Notes under the pieces: model-generated | Databases searched by the model: none | What the model was told of the DNA's origin: nothing | Seen by the model: only the letters and a program-made list of their open reading frames with translations | Assembly (NCBI GenBank): GCA_963828165.1 | Contig: CAWHDR010000001.1 | Location: 544,001 to 608,000, forward strand | Source: an uncultured Chloroflexia bacterium | Lineage (GTDB): Bacteria; Chloroflexota; Limnocylindria; Limnocylindrales; CSP1-4 | Direction: 5' to 3' | DNA: 64,000 nt | Shown here: positions 9,796-19,796 of the stretch, piece by piece | How the letters are laid out: every line of letters starts with the position of its first letter | How positions within the stretch are numbered: position 1 is the stretch's first letter | Translations under genes and position numbers: made by a program

Positions 9796-10685
9796 CGGAA
9801 CAGCTCCTCGAGGCCACGTCGACGCTGTTCGATCCGGACGAGGGGCAGATCGAGGTCCGCGACCGTGTCTCGGACGAGATCCCAGGGTCGCTCGTCCTCG
9901 AGCTCGACGAGCACGGTCCGGCCATCGACGGTCGCCTTGACCCCGGCGGCGGCGAGCGCGGCGGCGAGCCCAGCGGCGCCCTCCTCGACTTCGACCGCCA
10001 GCGTGCCGGTGCGCTCGGTGAACTCGTGGAGCGGCGCAGCGTGGATGAGCTTTCCGGCGTCGATCGCGACGAGGAAATCGCAGACCCGTTCGATCTCGCC
10101 GAGCAAATGGCTCGCAACGATCACCGCGATCCCGAATTCGGTGCCGGTCCGCCGCACGAGCGCGAGCATCTCGTCGCGGCCGGCTGGGTCCAGGCCGTTC
10201 GTGGGCTCGTCGAGCAGCAGGAGCCGCGGATCGTGCACGAGGGCCTGCGCCAGCTTGACGCGCTGCTTCATCCCGGTCGAGTAGCCGCCGATCGGTCGGT
10301 AGCGTTCCTCGTACAGGCCGACGTGCCGGAGAACCTCGGCGGCGCGCTCGCGGGCCCCCGCGGCGGGTAGGCCGGAGAGCCGTGCCATCTGGCCGACGAA
10401 GTCGGTCGCGGTGGTATCGGGCGGCAGGCAGTCGGACTCCGGCATGTAGCCCACGAACCGCCGGAGCGTCGTGCCGGCGGTGCGCACGTCGTGGCCGAGA
10501 ACGGTCGCCTCACCCGACGTCGGTGGGAGCAATCCCAGGAGGATGCGCAGCAACGTGCTCTTGCCCGCGCCGTTCGCGCCCACGAGGCCGATGATCCCTG
10601 GCTCGAGGGACAGATCCAGGCTCTCCAGCGCGACGACGCCGCCCGGGTAGCGCTTGGTGAGGGCCGTGGTGACGACGAGCGGCAT
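9792..10685 (-). CDS. ABC transporter ATP-binding protein
   Basis: GANGAGKST, YSTGMKQR and LLLDEPTNGLDP motifs. Confidence 0.92.
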   Translation of the reverse strand: MPLVVTTALTKRYPGGVVALESLDLSLEPGIIGLVGANGAGKSTLLRILLGLLPPTSGEATVLGHDVRTAGTTLRRFVGYMPESDCLPPDTTATDFVGQMARLSGLPAAGARERAAEVLRHVGLYEERYRPIGGYSTGMKQRVKLAQALVHDPRLLLLDEPTNGLDPAGRDEMLALVRRTGTEFGIAVIVASHLLGEIERVCDFLVAIDAGKLIHAAPLHEFTERTGTLAVEVEEGAAGLAAALAAAGVKATVDGRTVLVELEDERPWDLVRDTVADLDLPLVRIEQRRRGLEELFR

Positions 10686-10747
10686 GGCTGCGAAGCCTAC
10701 CGGACCCGGCCGTCCGGGCGGGACCGCCCGGCTGACCGAGCGGAACG

Positions 10748-12787
10748 TCAGGCGGCGACGACCTGGTTGCGTCCGCCGCGCTTCGCCATCTGGAGTCCGA
10801 CGTCGGCAACCTCGACGAGCGTCTCGAGCGAGGACACGTTCGGACCCAGCGAGGCGCATCCGGCGGATACCGTGGCGTGCAGCCGCTCGCCTTCGACGCC
10901 CTGGAACGCGACGCCCTCGAGCTCCCGGCGGATCTCGTCGGCGACGTGCTGTGCTTCGTCCAGGCTCGCTCCGTCCAGGACGGCCAGGAATTCCTCGCCG
11001 CCAAACCGAGCGACCAGATCGCTCGAGCGCAGCCGGCGCGTCAGGATCGATCCGAACGCCCGGAGGACCGCGTCGCCCTTGATGTGCCCGTGGAGCTTGT
11101 TGAACAGACCGAAATGATCGAGGTCGAACATGATCACGGCGACCGGGTGGCGGAGATCTGGGTCCAACCGCGCTCGCGCCGCGAACATCCGGGCAAGCGA
11201 CACGTCGAGATGTCGCCGGTTCCACAGTCCGGTGAGAGGGTCACGGATGGCCGCATCGGCCATCTGTGCATGGAGTTCGACATTGTTGAGCGCAAGCGCG
11301 ATGTGCGATGCCAGGAGCGACATCGATTCGACCTCGACCGCGGTGAACCCGCGAGTCAGATCGAGTCGGTTGACCGTGACCGCTCCGATCACCACGTCGC
11401 CCCGAAGCAAGGGGAAGGACGCCGTGACCAGCTGGTCCGGAACCCGGGCACCACGCAGCGTCTCCGGGAACTCGTCGCGGTGGATCAGGTCCTGGGACAC
11501 GACGGTGGCCCCGGCGAGCGCTCGACCCGCGCTGCCCTCACCAGGTTGGATGCTCACCCCGACGTAGCGCTCGTCGCCACCGCGGATGGCGACGATCCGG
11601 TCCTCCCCGGTGCTCGGATCGCGCAGGATCAGGGTGGTGATGTCGACTTCCAGCACGTCGGCCACGGAGCCGATGATCGATTCATACGCGGTCACGGGTT
11701 CCAGGCTGGCGTTGATGGCGCTCCCAAAGCGGGCCAGGCGCCCGAACAGCGCAGCCCGTTCCTGGAGCGCCTGCCGCTCGCGCCCGAGCGCGAGGGCGAC
11801 CGCCACGCGATCGCCCACGACCGTCATCGTGTCGAGGTCGCCATCGTCGAGCGGGGCATCGGCGCCGCTCTCGATATTGAGCACGCCGAGCATCATTCCG
11901 TCGACCGCGAGCGGGATGCTGACCTCGCTCCGGACGTCCTTGTTTGCGACCGCATAGTCGGGATCCAGCGAGACATCGAGGACCAGCTCGGGTTTGCCGG
12001 TCCGCATGACCCGGCCCACGACGCCGATGGAGCCATCAAAGCTCTCGATCACCTCGTCGTACCCGCGCTGCGCGCCGAGGCGCATGAGCGGTCCGTCCAC
12101 GGTGTAGATCGAGGCGAAGCGGTAGCCGAAGTGCGCGACCAGAAGGTCCATGACGTTTTCGAGGGCGGCCTGCGTCGGGCCCCTCGCCGTCAGCGCCCGA
12201 CCGACAGCCTCGACGGCGGCCATCTGGGCGGCGCGCCGACGCTGGCCGGCCGATGCGGCGCGGGCCTGGGCGACCGCTCGTTCGAGTGAGGCGATGGTCC
12301 GTCGCGTCCCGATGGTCAGCACGATCATCGTCACCGCGAGGGCGACGCCGCGATGGAGCACGCCGGGGAGGATCGCTGACGCCGTTGCCGCCGCGAAGAT
12401 GAATGCGGACATGGTCGCGCCGCCCAGGACGATGGCCTGGCGGGCGCCGAAGACCGCCGCCAGCGCGACGATCAGGAGGTACAGGCACGAGAGCGGCATG
12501 GCGGCGAGGTCGTCGCTCCGAAGGCTCATCCAGAAGACGACCCCGAGTGCGATGAGCAACCGGGCGGTATCGAGCAGCGCCGATCGTCCGACCGGTCCGC
12601 GGAGGGCGAACGCCATCTGGACCGTGATGTAGATCACGGAGGGCACGACCAGTCCCATGGCATCGGCTCCGGCCACCATCTCGATGACGAGGGCCGCAAA
12701 GACGATCGCCACCGCCAGGACGACATGTGGATCCGCCGCGACGCGGGTCCACGCATGGCGCCACCTGCTCTGGCTCGAGACATCCAT
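10748..12787 (-). CDS. Membrane-bound diguanylate cyclase (TM + 2 GAF + GGDEF)
   Basis: DPLTGLWNRR, DLDHF, RSSD I-site and GGEEF motifs. Confidence 0.92.
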   Translation of the reverse strand: MDVSSQSRWRHAWTRVAADPHVVLAVAIVFAALVIEMVAGADAMGLVVPSVIYITVQMAFALRGPVGRSALLDTARLLIALGVVFWMSLRSDDLAAMPLSCLYLLIVALAAVFGARQAIVLGGATMSAFIFAAATASAILPGVLHRGVALAVTMIVLTIGTRRTIASLERAVAQARAASAGQRRRAAQMAAVEAVGRALTARGPTQAALENVMDLLVAHFGYRFASIYTVDGPLMRLGAQRGYDEVIESFDGSIGVVGRVMRTGKPELVLDVSLDPDYAVANKDVRSEVSIPLAVDGMMLGVLNIESGADAPLDDGDLDTMTVVGDRVAVALALGRERQALQERAALFGRLARFGSAINASLEPVTAYESIIGSVADVLEVDITTLILRDPSTGEDRIVAIRGGDERYVGVSIQPGEGSAGRALAGATVVSQDLIHRDEFPETLRGARVPDQLVTASFPLLRGDVVIGAVTVNRLDLTRGFTAVEVESMSLLASHIALALNNVELHAQMADAAIRDPLTGLWNRRHLDVSLARMFAARARLDPDLRHPVAVIMFDLDHFGLFNKLHGHIKGDAVLRAFGSILTRRLRSSDLVARFGGEEFLAVLDGASLDEAQHVADEIRRELEGVAFQGVEGERLHATVSAGCASLGPNVSSLETLVEVADVGLQMAKRGGRNQVVAA

Positions 12788-12882
12788 GAGCCGACTCTGG
12801 CGGCTGCGATCGGCCGCGTCGACTACACGATTGGGGTATCCGAACCACCCATCTGGCGGTCGTCGTGCTCAGCGATGCCCGC

Positions 12883-14712
12883 TCAGCGCCAGCGGATCGT
12901 GCCTGCCGCGTCGTCCGCCGTCGCGAGGATGTCGTCGAGCTCGAGGCCCTCGCGCGGCTCGATGGCCATCAGGATCGTGGCTCCCGGCAGGTCCATGACG
13001 ACCACCCGGGTGGTCCGATCGGGCTCGAGGAAATACGTCGTCCCCGCGGTGGCGAAGAGCTGGATCCTCGCCGAATCGATGGGGGTCAGGTCGCTCGAGA
13101 GGCCACGTCGGCCGTCGATGCGGACCTTCGCCGGACGCGTGGCACTCACGCCGTCGGTGGCGATGAACGCTTCGATGAGGGTGCGGGCGCGCTCCTGCGG
13201 CTCGTCGCGCTCGCCGTTGGGGTACACCTCCATCACCCTGCCGGCGAAGGTGAAGACGCCCTCCTCCCGACTGAGCGCGACGGTGTCGGCGGTGTGCGCG
13301 GCATTCGACCAGCCCTCGCCGAGCTCGATGTCGAAGGCCGGAGCGAAGCGCGACGGGGCGTATCGACCGGCCCCGAGCCCGCACGGGATGTCGAAGAAGA
13401 TGTCGCACAGGTCGGCGACGTCGCCCGGGGGAATTGCAGGCGGATCCTCGGTCGGGGCGCGAGATGGGCGCGGCGTCGGATCGGGTGTCGGGTCGGGTGT
13501 CGGCTCGGGGGTGACCTGGGTTTCCGCCGTGGGCTCGGTCAGGGCAGTGTCGGTCGCGGCCGGCCGGTCGGTCGGGAGCGGGGTCGCACCGTCGCCCGGC
13601 CTGGCCGCCACGAGCAGCCCCGCGGTGACGACGCCGAGGATGCCGATCGCGACCAGGACCGCGTTCGGCCCCCCGCCGCGGAACGCTCGTGGCATCGGGA
13701 GCGATGGTCGACGCTGCGGAGCGCGGGGCCCGAGCGGCGCCGATCGCGGGCGGGCATGGCGGGCGGGCGGGGGTGCAACCGAGGGCGGAGGGCCTCCCAC
13801 CGCCGGCGTGGCGCGGTACAGCTCGGGGATCGAGACGACGCTCGTGGGGATCGCCGCGTCGGAGGCGCTGAGGATGGCCTCGAGCGCGGCGGCCATCGCC
13901 GTCCCGTTCGGGTAGCGGTCACCGGGCTCCGGCGCGAGCGCGCGTCGTACGACCGCGTCGAGTGCTGCAGGTACCTCCGGGCGAACGGCCATGGGCGATG
14001 GAGCCGGCGCGCCGACGCGGGCGAGCGCGATCGCGTCGGTCGTGTCCCCGGTCCACGCACGGGTCCCGGTGAGGGCCTCGAACAGGACCAGGCCCAGGCC
14101 GTAGATGTCGGAGGCGGGGGTGGTGGTCCGCCCGCGCGCCTGCTCCGGGCTGAAGTAATGGACCGAGCCCAGCGTCGTGCCGGGCAGCGCGGCCTCGGCG
14201 TCGGCCGCCAGACGCGCGATGCCGAAGTCGGTGACCATGGCCCGCCCGTCGGCCGCCAGCAGGATGTTGCCGGGCTTGATGTCCCGATGGACGATGCCGC
14301 GCACGTGGGCCACGCCGAGGGCACGAGCGACGTCGAGCCCGATGCGCGCCGCCCCCCGCGGTGCCAGCCGGCCACCGCGTCGGAGCCGGACGGCCAGGTC
14401 CTCGCCTTCGACGAGGGCCATGACGAGGTACGCCTGGTCCCCGTCGGTGCCGGTATCGAGGCAGGCGACGATATTCGGGTGGCGCAAGACCGTGGCGGCA
14501 AGTGCCTCGCGTCGGAACCGGTGGGCAAGATCGGGGTCGGTCGCGACCTCGGGACGCAGGATCTTGACCGCGACCTGGCGCTCGATGCGGAGATCGGTGG
14601 CCCGGTAGATCGTGGCCATCCCGCCGCGACCGATGACCGGCCCGAGCCGATAGCGACCACCAAGCAGGTGCTCGGCGGCGTCCTTGGCGGCGCGGTCCCG
14701 CGCATCGGTCAC
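12883..14712 (-). CDS. Hanks-type Ser/Thr protein kinase with TM helix and extracellular domain
   Basis: GRGGMA, VAVK, HRDIKPGN, DFG and SPEQ motifs; Pro/Thr linker. Confidence 0.93.
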   Translation of the reverse strand: MTDARDRAAKDAAEHLLGGRYRLGPVIGRGGMATIYRATDLRIERQVAVKILRPEVATDPDLAHRFRREALAATVLRHPNIVACLDTGTDGDQAYLVMALVEGEDLAVRLRRGGRLAPRGAARIGLDVARALGVAHVRGIVHRDIKPGNILLAADGRAMVTDFGIARLAADAEAALPGTTLGSVHYFSPEQARGRTTTPASDIYGLGLVLFEALTGTRAWTGDTTDAIALARVGAPAPSPMAVRPEVPAALDAVVRRALAPEPGDRYPNGTAMAAALEAILSASDAAIPTSVVSIPELYRATPAVGGPPPSVAPPPARHARPRSAPLGPRAPQRRPSLPMPRAFRGGGPNAVLVAIGILGVVTAGLLVAARPGDGATPLPTDRPAATDTALTEPTAETQVTPEPTPDPTPDPTPRPSRAPTEDPPAIPPGDVADLCDIFFDIPCGLGAGRYAPSRFAPAFDIELGEGWSNAAHTADTVALSREEGVFTFAGRVMEVYPNGERDEPQERARTLIEAFIATDGVSATRPAKVRIDGRRGLSSDLTPIDSARIQLFATAGTTYFLEPDRTTRVVVMDLPGATILMAIEPREGLELDDILATADDAAGTIRWR

Positions 14713-14785
14713 GCGCGGACGATAGCCCAGGTGCGGCGAATGCCCCGTCCGGCGTACCCGGGCCGCTTCAGGCTACGCTGGCGGC

Positions 14786-15430
14786 ATGAGCGAGACTGAA
14801 CGGGCGACGCGCGAGCTCCTCGTCGAATTGCTCGGCGTGTTCTATGCCAAGAACTGGGTGTCCGGCACGGGCGGCGGCATCTGTGGCCCGGCGGACGGGG
14901 GCGGCCTTCTGCTGGCCCCGACTGGCGTGCACAAGGAGCGGATCCGGACCGACGAGTTCTTCACGATCGACCCGACCGACGAGCGGATCCTCCTGCAGCC
15001 GGACGACCCGAGTCTCCGACCGAGCGAGTGCAAGGCCATCTTCGCGCTCACTGCCCGCGAACGCGGTGCCCGAAGCGTCGTGCACTCGCATGCGCTTTCG
15101 GCCGTGCTCGCAGGCGACGTCGCGGGTGACGCGGATCACGTTGCGATCCGCGACCTCGAGATGCTCAAGGGCATCCGCGGGCTGGGCAACCGCGATACCC
15201 ACCTGCTGCCCGTGATCCGCAACACGCCACGCGAATCGGAGCTCACCGACCAGCTCGCCGGCGTGCTCGGCGATCCGCGCTTCGCCGACAGCTTCGCCGT
15301 GGTCGTGGCCGACCATGGCGCGTACATCTGGGGCGACGACGTGTGGGAAGCCAAGCGCCACACCGAGGTCTATCACTTCCTGTTCGAAGCGGTGGTCGCT
15401 CGACGCGGCCGCCAGAAGGAGCGCACGTAG
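14786..15430 (+). CDS. mtnB: Methylthioribulose-1-phosphate dehydratase (class II aldolase family)
   Basis: WVSGTGGGI, APTGVHKE, PSEC, HSH, EMLKGI and HGAYIWG motifs. Confidence 0.88.
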   Translation: MSETERATRELLVELLGVFYAKNWVSGTGGGICGPADGGGLLLAPTGVHKERIRTDEFFTIDPTDERILLQPDDPSLRPSECKAIFALTARERGARSVVHSHALSAVLAGDVAGDADHVAIRDLEMLKGIRGLGNRDTHLLPVIRNTPRESELTDQLAGVLGDPRFADSFAVVVADHGAYIWGDDVWEAKRHTEVYHFLFEAVVARRGRQKERT

Positions 15431-15862
15431 ATGAGCGGAGCCCACGACCACGCCGATGAGATCCAGCATGTCTGCCCCACCTGCCAGCAGCCCGTCCGCC
15501 ACGCCAAGATCGACGTGATCGACGTTGCGCGGGCCGTCGAGGCGGACAAGCTGACCGAGGCTGACGTTTTCAAGCGGACCTATCTCGGTCACGGAACGCA
15601 GTCGAGCGTGTTCGTGTTCCAGGGGCATCCCGGGCCGTTCAAGACCCACGTCCACGTGACCCATGACGAGATCGGCTACGTCCTGGAGGGAACCGGCGAG
15701 GTGACGGTCGGCGGCGTGACGCGACCCGTCAAGAAGGGCGACGTCTGGGTCATCCCGGCGAACACGCCGCACGGCGGCCAGTTCGAGGACGCCCCGCAGG
15801 TCCTGTTCATCTCGTCGCCGATCGACGATCCGGACAACCAGGACCGCGTCTGGATCGATTGA
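15431..15862 (+). CDS. Cupin domain protein
   Basis: HVHVTHDEIGYVLEG and IPANTPH cupin motifs; N-terminal CxxC; starts immediately after the mtnB stop. Confidence 0.85.
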   Translation: MSGAHDHADEIQHVCPTCQQPVRHAKIDVIDVARAVEADKLTEADVFKRTYLGHGTQSSVFVFQGHPGPFKTHVHVTHDEIGYVLEGTGEVTVGGVTRPVKKGDVWVIPANTPHGGQFEDAPQVLFISSPIDDPDNQDRVWID

Positions 15863-15880
15863 GTCGCGTAAGGCCTCCCT

Positions 15881-16453
15881 TCAGCCGGCCGCCGGCTCGA
15901 AGAGGTGCGCTGCGGCGGCCCGGGTGAGCGCTTCGGGGTCATCGATCGGTCCGCCGCGCAGGCTGCCCTGGAGCCAGAGGGTGGCGATGCCATGGACGAG
16001 GGCCCACGCCGCCGTCCCGGCGATCCGCCTGGCGGCTTCCTCCCCGTCGACCGCGGCGACCGAGCCGACCGGGCCGTAGAGCATGGCCGCGGACGCGGCG
16101 GTCGCCCGGACGAGTTCGGGATCCGCAACATCCACGAGGTCCGGCCGGAACATGACCGCGAAATGGCCGGGGTGCGTGACGGCGTAGCGAACGTACGCGA
16201 CGCCGACCTCGAGGAACGAGCCGGTTTCCTTCCATGTCGCGGCCGTGGCTGCGGCGAGCTCGTCGTAGCCCTCGGCGGCGATCGCGGTCAGCAGGCCCTG
16301 CCGGTCACCGAAGTGGTGGGTCGGGGCGGCGTGGGACACGTCGCAGCGCCGGGCCAGGGCTCGCAGGTTGAGCGCGGCGACGCCATCGGTCGCGATCGTG
16401 TCGAGGGCTGCGTCCAGGAGCGCGCGACGAAGGTTCCCGTGGTGGTACGGCAT
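15881..16453 (-). CDS. TetR-family regulator (WHG-type C-terminus)
   Basis: YHHGNLRRALL, VSHAAPTHHF and WALVHGIATL motifs. Confidence 0.92.
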   Translation of the reverse strand: MPYHHGNLRRALLDAALDTIATDGVAALNLRALARRCDVSHAAPTHHFGDRQGLLTAIAAEGYDELAAATAATWKETGSFLEVGVAYVRYAVTHPGHFAVMFRPDLVDVADPELVRATAASAAMLYGPVGSVAAVDGEEAARRIAGTAAWALVHGIATLWLQGSLRGGPIDDPEALTRAAAAHLFEPAAG

Positions 16454-16475
16454 CGTGGTCTGGATGATACCTGCT

Positions 16476-16528
16476 ATCTAGTCATTGACAAGTTGGGACG
16501 CTACGATGCATCTTGTCGACGACAAGTT
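16476..16528. promoter_or_regulatory. Two TetR operator palindromes overlapping TTGACA
   Basis: ATCTAGTCATTGACAAGTT 16476-16494 and ATCTTGTCGACGACAAGTT 16510-16528, between divergent genes. Confidence 0.75.
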
Positions 16529-16559
16529 ACTCCCCTGACCCGCCGAAGGAACGACCCAG

Positions 16560-16979
16560 ATGGAACCGACCCTCATCCTCTCCGATGCCGCCCGCCTGAC
16601 CGCCGGCGTGCTGCTCATCACGATCGTCCTGATCGAGACCGGCGGTTTGTATTTGCTCTCGATCGTGGGTGGGCGGGTCGAGCGAACGCCCTTCCAGATC
16701 GCCTTCGCGCGAGCCGGCCACGCCCACGCGGGCGTGCTCGTGACGCTGGCTCTCGTGATCCAGCTGCTGGCGGACGCCGTCGTACTCGACGGGCCGGTCG
16801 GCTGGCTCGCCCGCAGCGGTGTCGCCGTCGCGGCCATCCTCATGCCGGCAGGGTTCTTCCTGTCGTCGATAGCGCCGGGCGCGACCCGGCCGAACCGGCT
16901 GGTCGCCCTGGTCGTGATCGGCGCGATATTCCTGGGCCTCGGCGCGGCCAGTCTCGGGATCGCGTTGCTGGCTGGCTAG
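16560..16979 (+). CDS. Four-TM membrane protein, probable TetR target
   Basis: Hydrophobic ORF with a [12 protein letters not shown] motif and an upstream RBS (GAAGGA). Confidence 0.8.
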   Translation: MEPTLILSDAARLTAGVLLITIVLIETGGLYLLSIVGGRVERTPFQIAFARAGHAHAGVLVTLALVIQLLADAVVLDGPVGWLARSGVAVAAILMPAGFFLSSIAPGATRPNRLVALVVIGAIFLGLGAASLGIALLAG

Positions 16980-17029
16980 CGGCCTACGGCAGGATCTGTG
17001 GCCCGCCGGAAGGAGCCGCCCCTGGAGAG

Positions 17030-18602
17030 CTAGCCGCGGCGCTCGGACCGGGCGAACCGCTCCCCGGGAAGGACGTTCGGGCGTCCCGAAGGCTGACCGC
17101 CGGGCCGTGGCCCGGGCCGCCCGCCGGTTCCGCCATTGCCGATCCCCTGTCCGGGACGGTGTGGCGCCGGCCGGCCGTGCGCCGGTCGTCCCTGGGCCGG
17201 ACGTCCCTGGGTGGGTCGGCCGTGTGATGGGTACGGCTGTCCGGGTCGTCCCTGGCCCGGTCGTCCCTGGGCCGGCGTGCGGCTGCACCGGCCGTCCCTC
17301 CGCTGGCGCTCCGCCGGGATGGAACGCGGGCGACGAACGCCTGGGTGCGGCATATCCGCCGCGGTCCGCCGGCGCCCCGCCGCGCGGACCGCGTGGGCCA
17401 CGCGAGTCGGGTCGGCCGCGACCCAGGCCACCACGCAGGATGGGTTCGGGGCGGACGGATCGATCGGGCTCGAACCCGGCGACGATCTCTTGCGGGATCG
17501 GCGCTCCCAGCACGCGCTGGATCTCGCCGAGGAGCTTCAGCTCATCGACGCAGACCAGCGAGACGGCGTGGCCGGGCGAACCGGCACGCCCCGTCCGCCC
17601 GATGCGATGGACGTAGTCCTCGGGGACCATCGGCAGCTCGTAGTTGACGACGTGGGGCAGGCCGTCGATATCGAGCCCGCGCGCGGCGATCTCGGTGGCG
17701 ACCAGGATCGGCGTACGGCCGGTCTTGAAGTCGGCGAGGGCGCGGACCCGCTGGCCCTGGCTCTTGTTGCCATGGATCGCCACCGCGGCGATGCCGTCGC
17801 GGCCGAGCTGCTCGGCGAGTCGGTTCGCACCGTGCTTCGTGCGGGTGAAGACGAGCGCCTGATCGACGGCGCCGGTGCGGATGAGGTGGCTGAGCAGCTC
17901 GCGCTTGCGCTCGCGGTCGACCGGGTGGACGACCTGCGTCACGAGCGGCGTGGCGGAGTTGCGAGGGGTGACCTGGACGGATGCGGGCTCGTGCAGGAAG
18001 CCGCGCGCCAGCGATCGGATCTCCTCGGAGAAGGTCGCCGAGAACAGCAGGTTCTGGCGCCTCGCGGGCAGGACATCGAGCACCTTGCGAATGTCGCGGA
18101 TGAAGCCCATGTCGAGCATGCGATCGGCCTCGTCGAGGACCAGGATCTCGACGGTCGAAAGGTCGATCGTCCGCTGGCCAAGGTGGTCGAGCAGACGCCC
18201 GGGGGTGGCGACGACGACATCGACGCCGCGGCGCAGGGCATTAGCCTGCCCGGGGAACCCGACGCCGCCGTAGATCGCGGCCGAACGGACGCCCCAGTGG
18301 CGGCCGTAGACGCGGACGCTTTCCTCGACCTGGAGCGCGAGCTCACGGGTCGGGGCGAGGACGAGGGCACGGATCGGCCGGCGGCCCGAGCGCGGGTCGA
18401 TGTTCGGGGGGCCCATGTTCTGGAGCATCGGCAGCACGAACGCGGCGGTCTTGCCGGTGCCCGTCTGGGCATTGGCCATGAGGTCGCGGCCCTCGAGGAC
18501 GAGCGGGATGGCTTCGGCCTGGACGGGGGTGGGCTCGGTGTAGCCCTGGTCCGCGACGGCGCGGAGGAACTCGGGCGCGAGCCCAAGGGTAGAGAAGGAC
18601 AT
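17030..18602 (-). CDS. DEAD-box RNA helicase (RhlE-like), frameshift in C-terminal tail at about 17270
   Basis: [21 protein letters not shown] and [12 protein letters not shown] motifs. The tail continues in another frame to [13 protein letters not shown]. Confidence 0.92.
17146..17300 (-). repeat. ~15-bp coding tandem repeats (GRPxQ pentapeptides) in the helicase tail
   Basis: [10 protein letters not shown] ... [20 protein letters not shown]. Confidence 0.7.
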
Positions 18603-18785
18603 GGTGAGAACGGACTCCTGAGGGCCCACCCGCGGTGTCGCGGGGCCCGGTCAGGGCGCTGTACGTGGTTCGGGATCGAAACGGGATGAACCGGGGCGCC
18701 GACCGGAGCGCCTCATCGAGCACGAGAAGGTGGAAGCATAGCCGACCCGGCCCGAACGCGCCTACGGGGTCCGAGGCCAGGGAAG

Positions 18786-18861
18786 TGGAGCGGGAGACGA
18801 GGCTCGAACTCGCGACATGCAGCTTGGAAGGCTGCCGCTCTACCAACTGAGCTACTCCCGC
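18786..18861 (-). tRNA. tRNA-Gly (TCC)
   Basis: GCGGGAGTAGCTCAGTTGGTAGAGC...CTTCCAA...GTTCGAG...CCCGCTCCA; 76 nt with encoded CCA. Confidence 0.97.
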
Positions 18862-18892
18862 GTGACCAAGACGCTATCACGCTCGCCCGATG

Positions 18893-19393
18893 TCAGACGT
18901 CCGCGCGCGTGGCCGCGACCGGCAGGATGAGCGCGAGGGCGATGTAGACGATCCCAAGGATGCCCGCCGTGACAAGCGTCCCGAGGATGAACACGGTGCG
19001 CACCCAGTCGACGTCGATCTCCGAGTAGGCAGCGATGCCGGTGCACACGCCGGCGATCTCCTGTCCCTCGCGGATCCGCTGGAGGCGCCGCCCCCGCGGG
19101 CGCCCGCGGGACTCCCCCGCCACCGGCTCGTGACCCGTGTCGACCGTCCCGATCGCCTCGAGCACGCCGTCGATGTCGGCCGCCGTGACCAGGCGATCGT
19201 CGGAGCCGATCAAGGCGCTGAGCCGATCGCCGATGGATCGCTCGAGGTCGCCCAGGACCTCGGCTCGGTCCGGATCGTCCGACAGACGTGAGGTGGCTCG
19301 GTCGAGGTACCGCGCAAGCCGCCCATAGGCGTCCTCTGCAAGTCGATATGGCTCCGCGTGGCCGCGAAGGCTGATGAGCATCGTCCTTTTCAT
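18893..19393 (-). CDS. PspC domain protein
   Basis: IAGVCTGIAAYSEIDVDWVR and YIALALILP; N-terminal EDAYGRLARYL segment. Confidence 0.88.
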   Translation of the reverse strand: MKRTMLISLRGHAEPYRLAEDAYGRLARYLDRATSRLSDDPDRAEVLGDLERSIGDRLSALIGSDDRLVTAADIDGVLEAIGTVDTGHEPVAGESRGRPRGRRLQRIREGQEIAGVCTGIAAYSEIDVDWVRTVFILGTLVTAGILGIVYIALALILPVAATRADV

Positions 19394-19394
19394 G

Positions 19395-19715
19395 TCACCT
19401 TCCCAGTTCGTCGATGAGTGAGGTCAGCGAGGCCCAGTACGCGCGAAACTCGGCGAGATGGTCCCGACCCACCTCGGTCAGGCGGTAGTACTTGCGCGGC
19501 GGTCCCGCCGCCGATTCACGCCAGTCGTAGTCGAGCAGGCCATCGCGCCGCATCCTGCTCAGGAGCGGATAGAGGGTCCCCTCGCGGGTCGCGAAGTCCG
19601 TCGGATCGAGGCGCTCCAGGATGTCCGCGACGTAGACGTCGCCCGTCGAGACGATGTCGAGGATCAGGAATTCCAGGAGTCCCCTGCGAAGCGGGCTCAG
19701 CTTCGAGTCGTCCAT
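19395..19715 (-). CDS. PadR-family regulator
   Basis: LRRGLLEFLIL, EGTLYPLLSR and GPPRKYYRLT motifs. Confidence 0.93.
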   Translation of the reverse strand: MDDSKLSPLRRGLLEFLILDIVSTGDVYVADILERLDPTDFATREGTLYPLLSRMRRDGLLDYDWRESAAGPPRKYYRLTEVGRDHLAEFRAYWASLTSLIDELGR

Positions 19716-19722
19716 TTCCTAC

Positions 19723-19752
19723 CATGCTACCTTGTCTACGAAAGGTAGCATG
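19723..19752. promoter_or_regulatory. Putative PadR autoregulatory operator
   Basis: Perfect 11-bp inverted repeat CATGCTACCTT-N8-AAGGTAGCATG immediately upstream of padR. Confidence 0.7.
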
Positions 19753-19796
19753 CCGTACGACACCCAGTCAAGGGCAGAAATGTGGTTCCCGGGCGC

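Noticed and set aside
18786-18861. tRNA-Gly as an integration site for an island
   Set aside because: No integrase nearby and no duplicated tRNA 3' end seen in the window.
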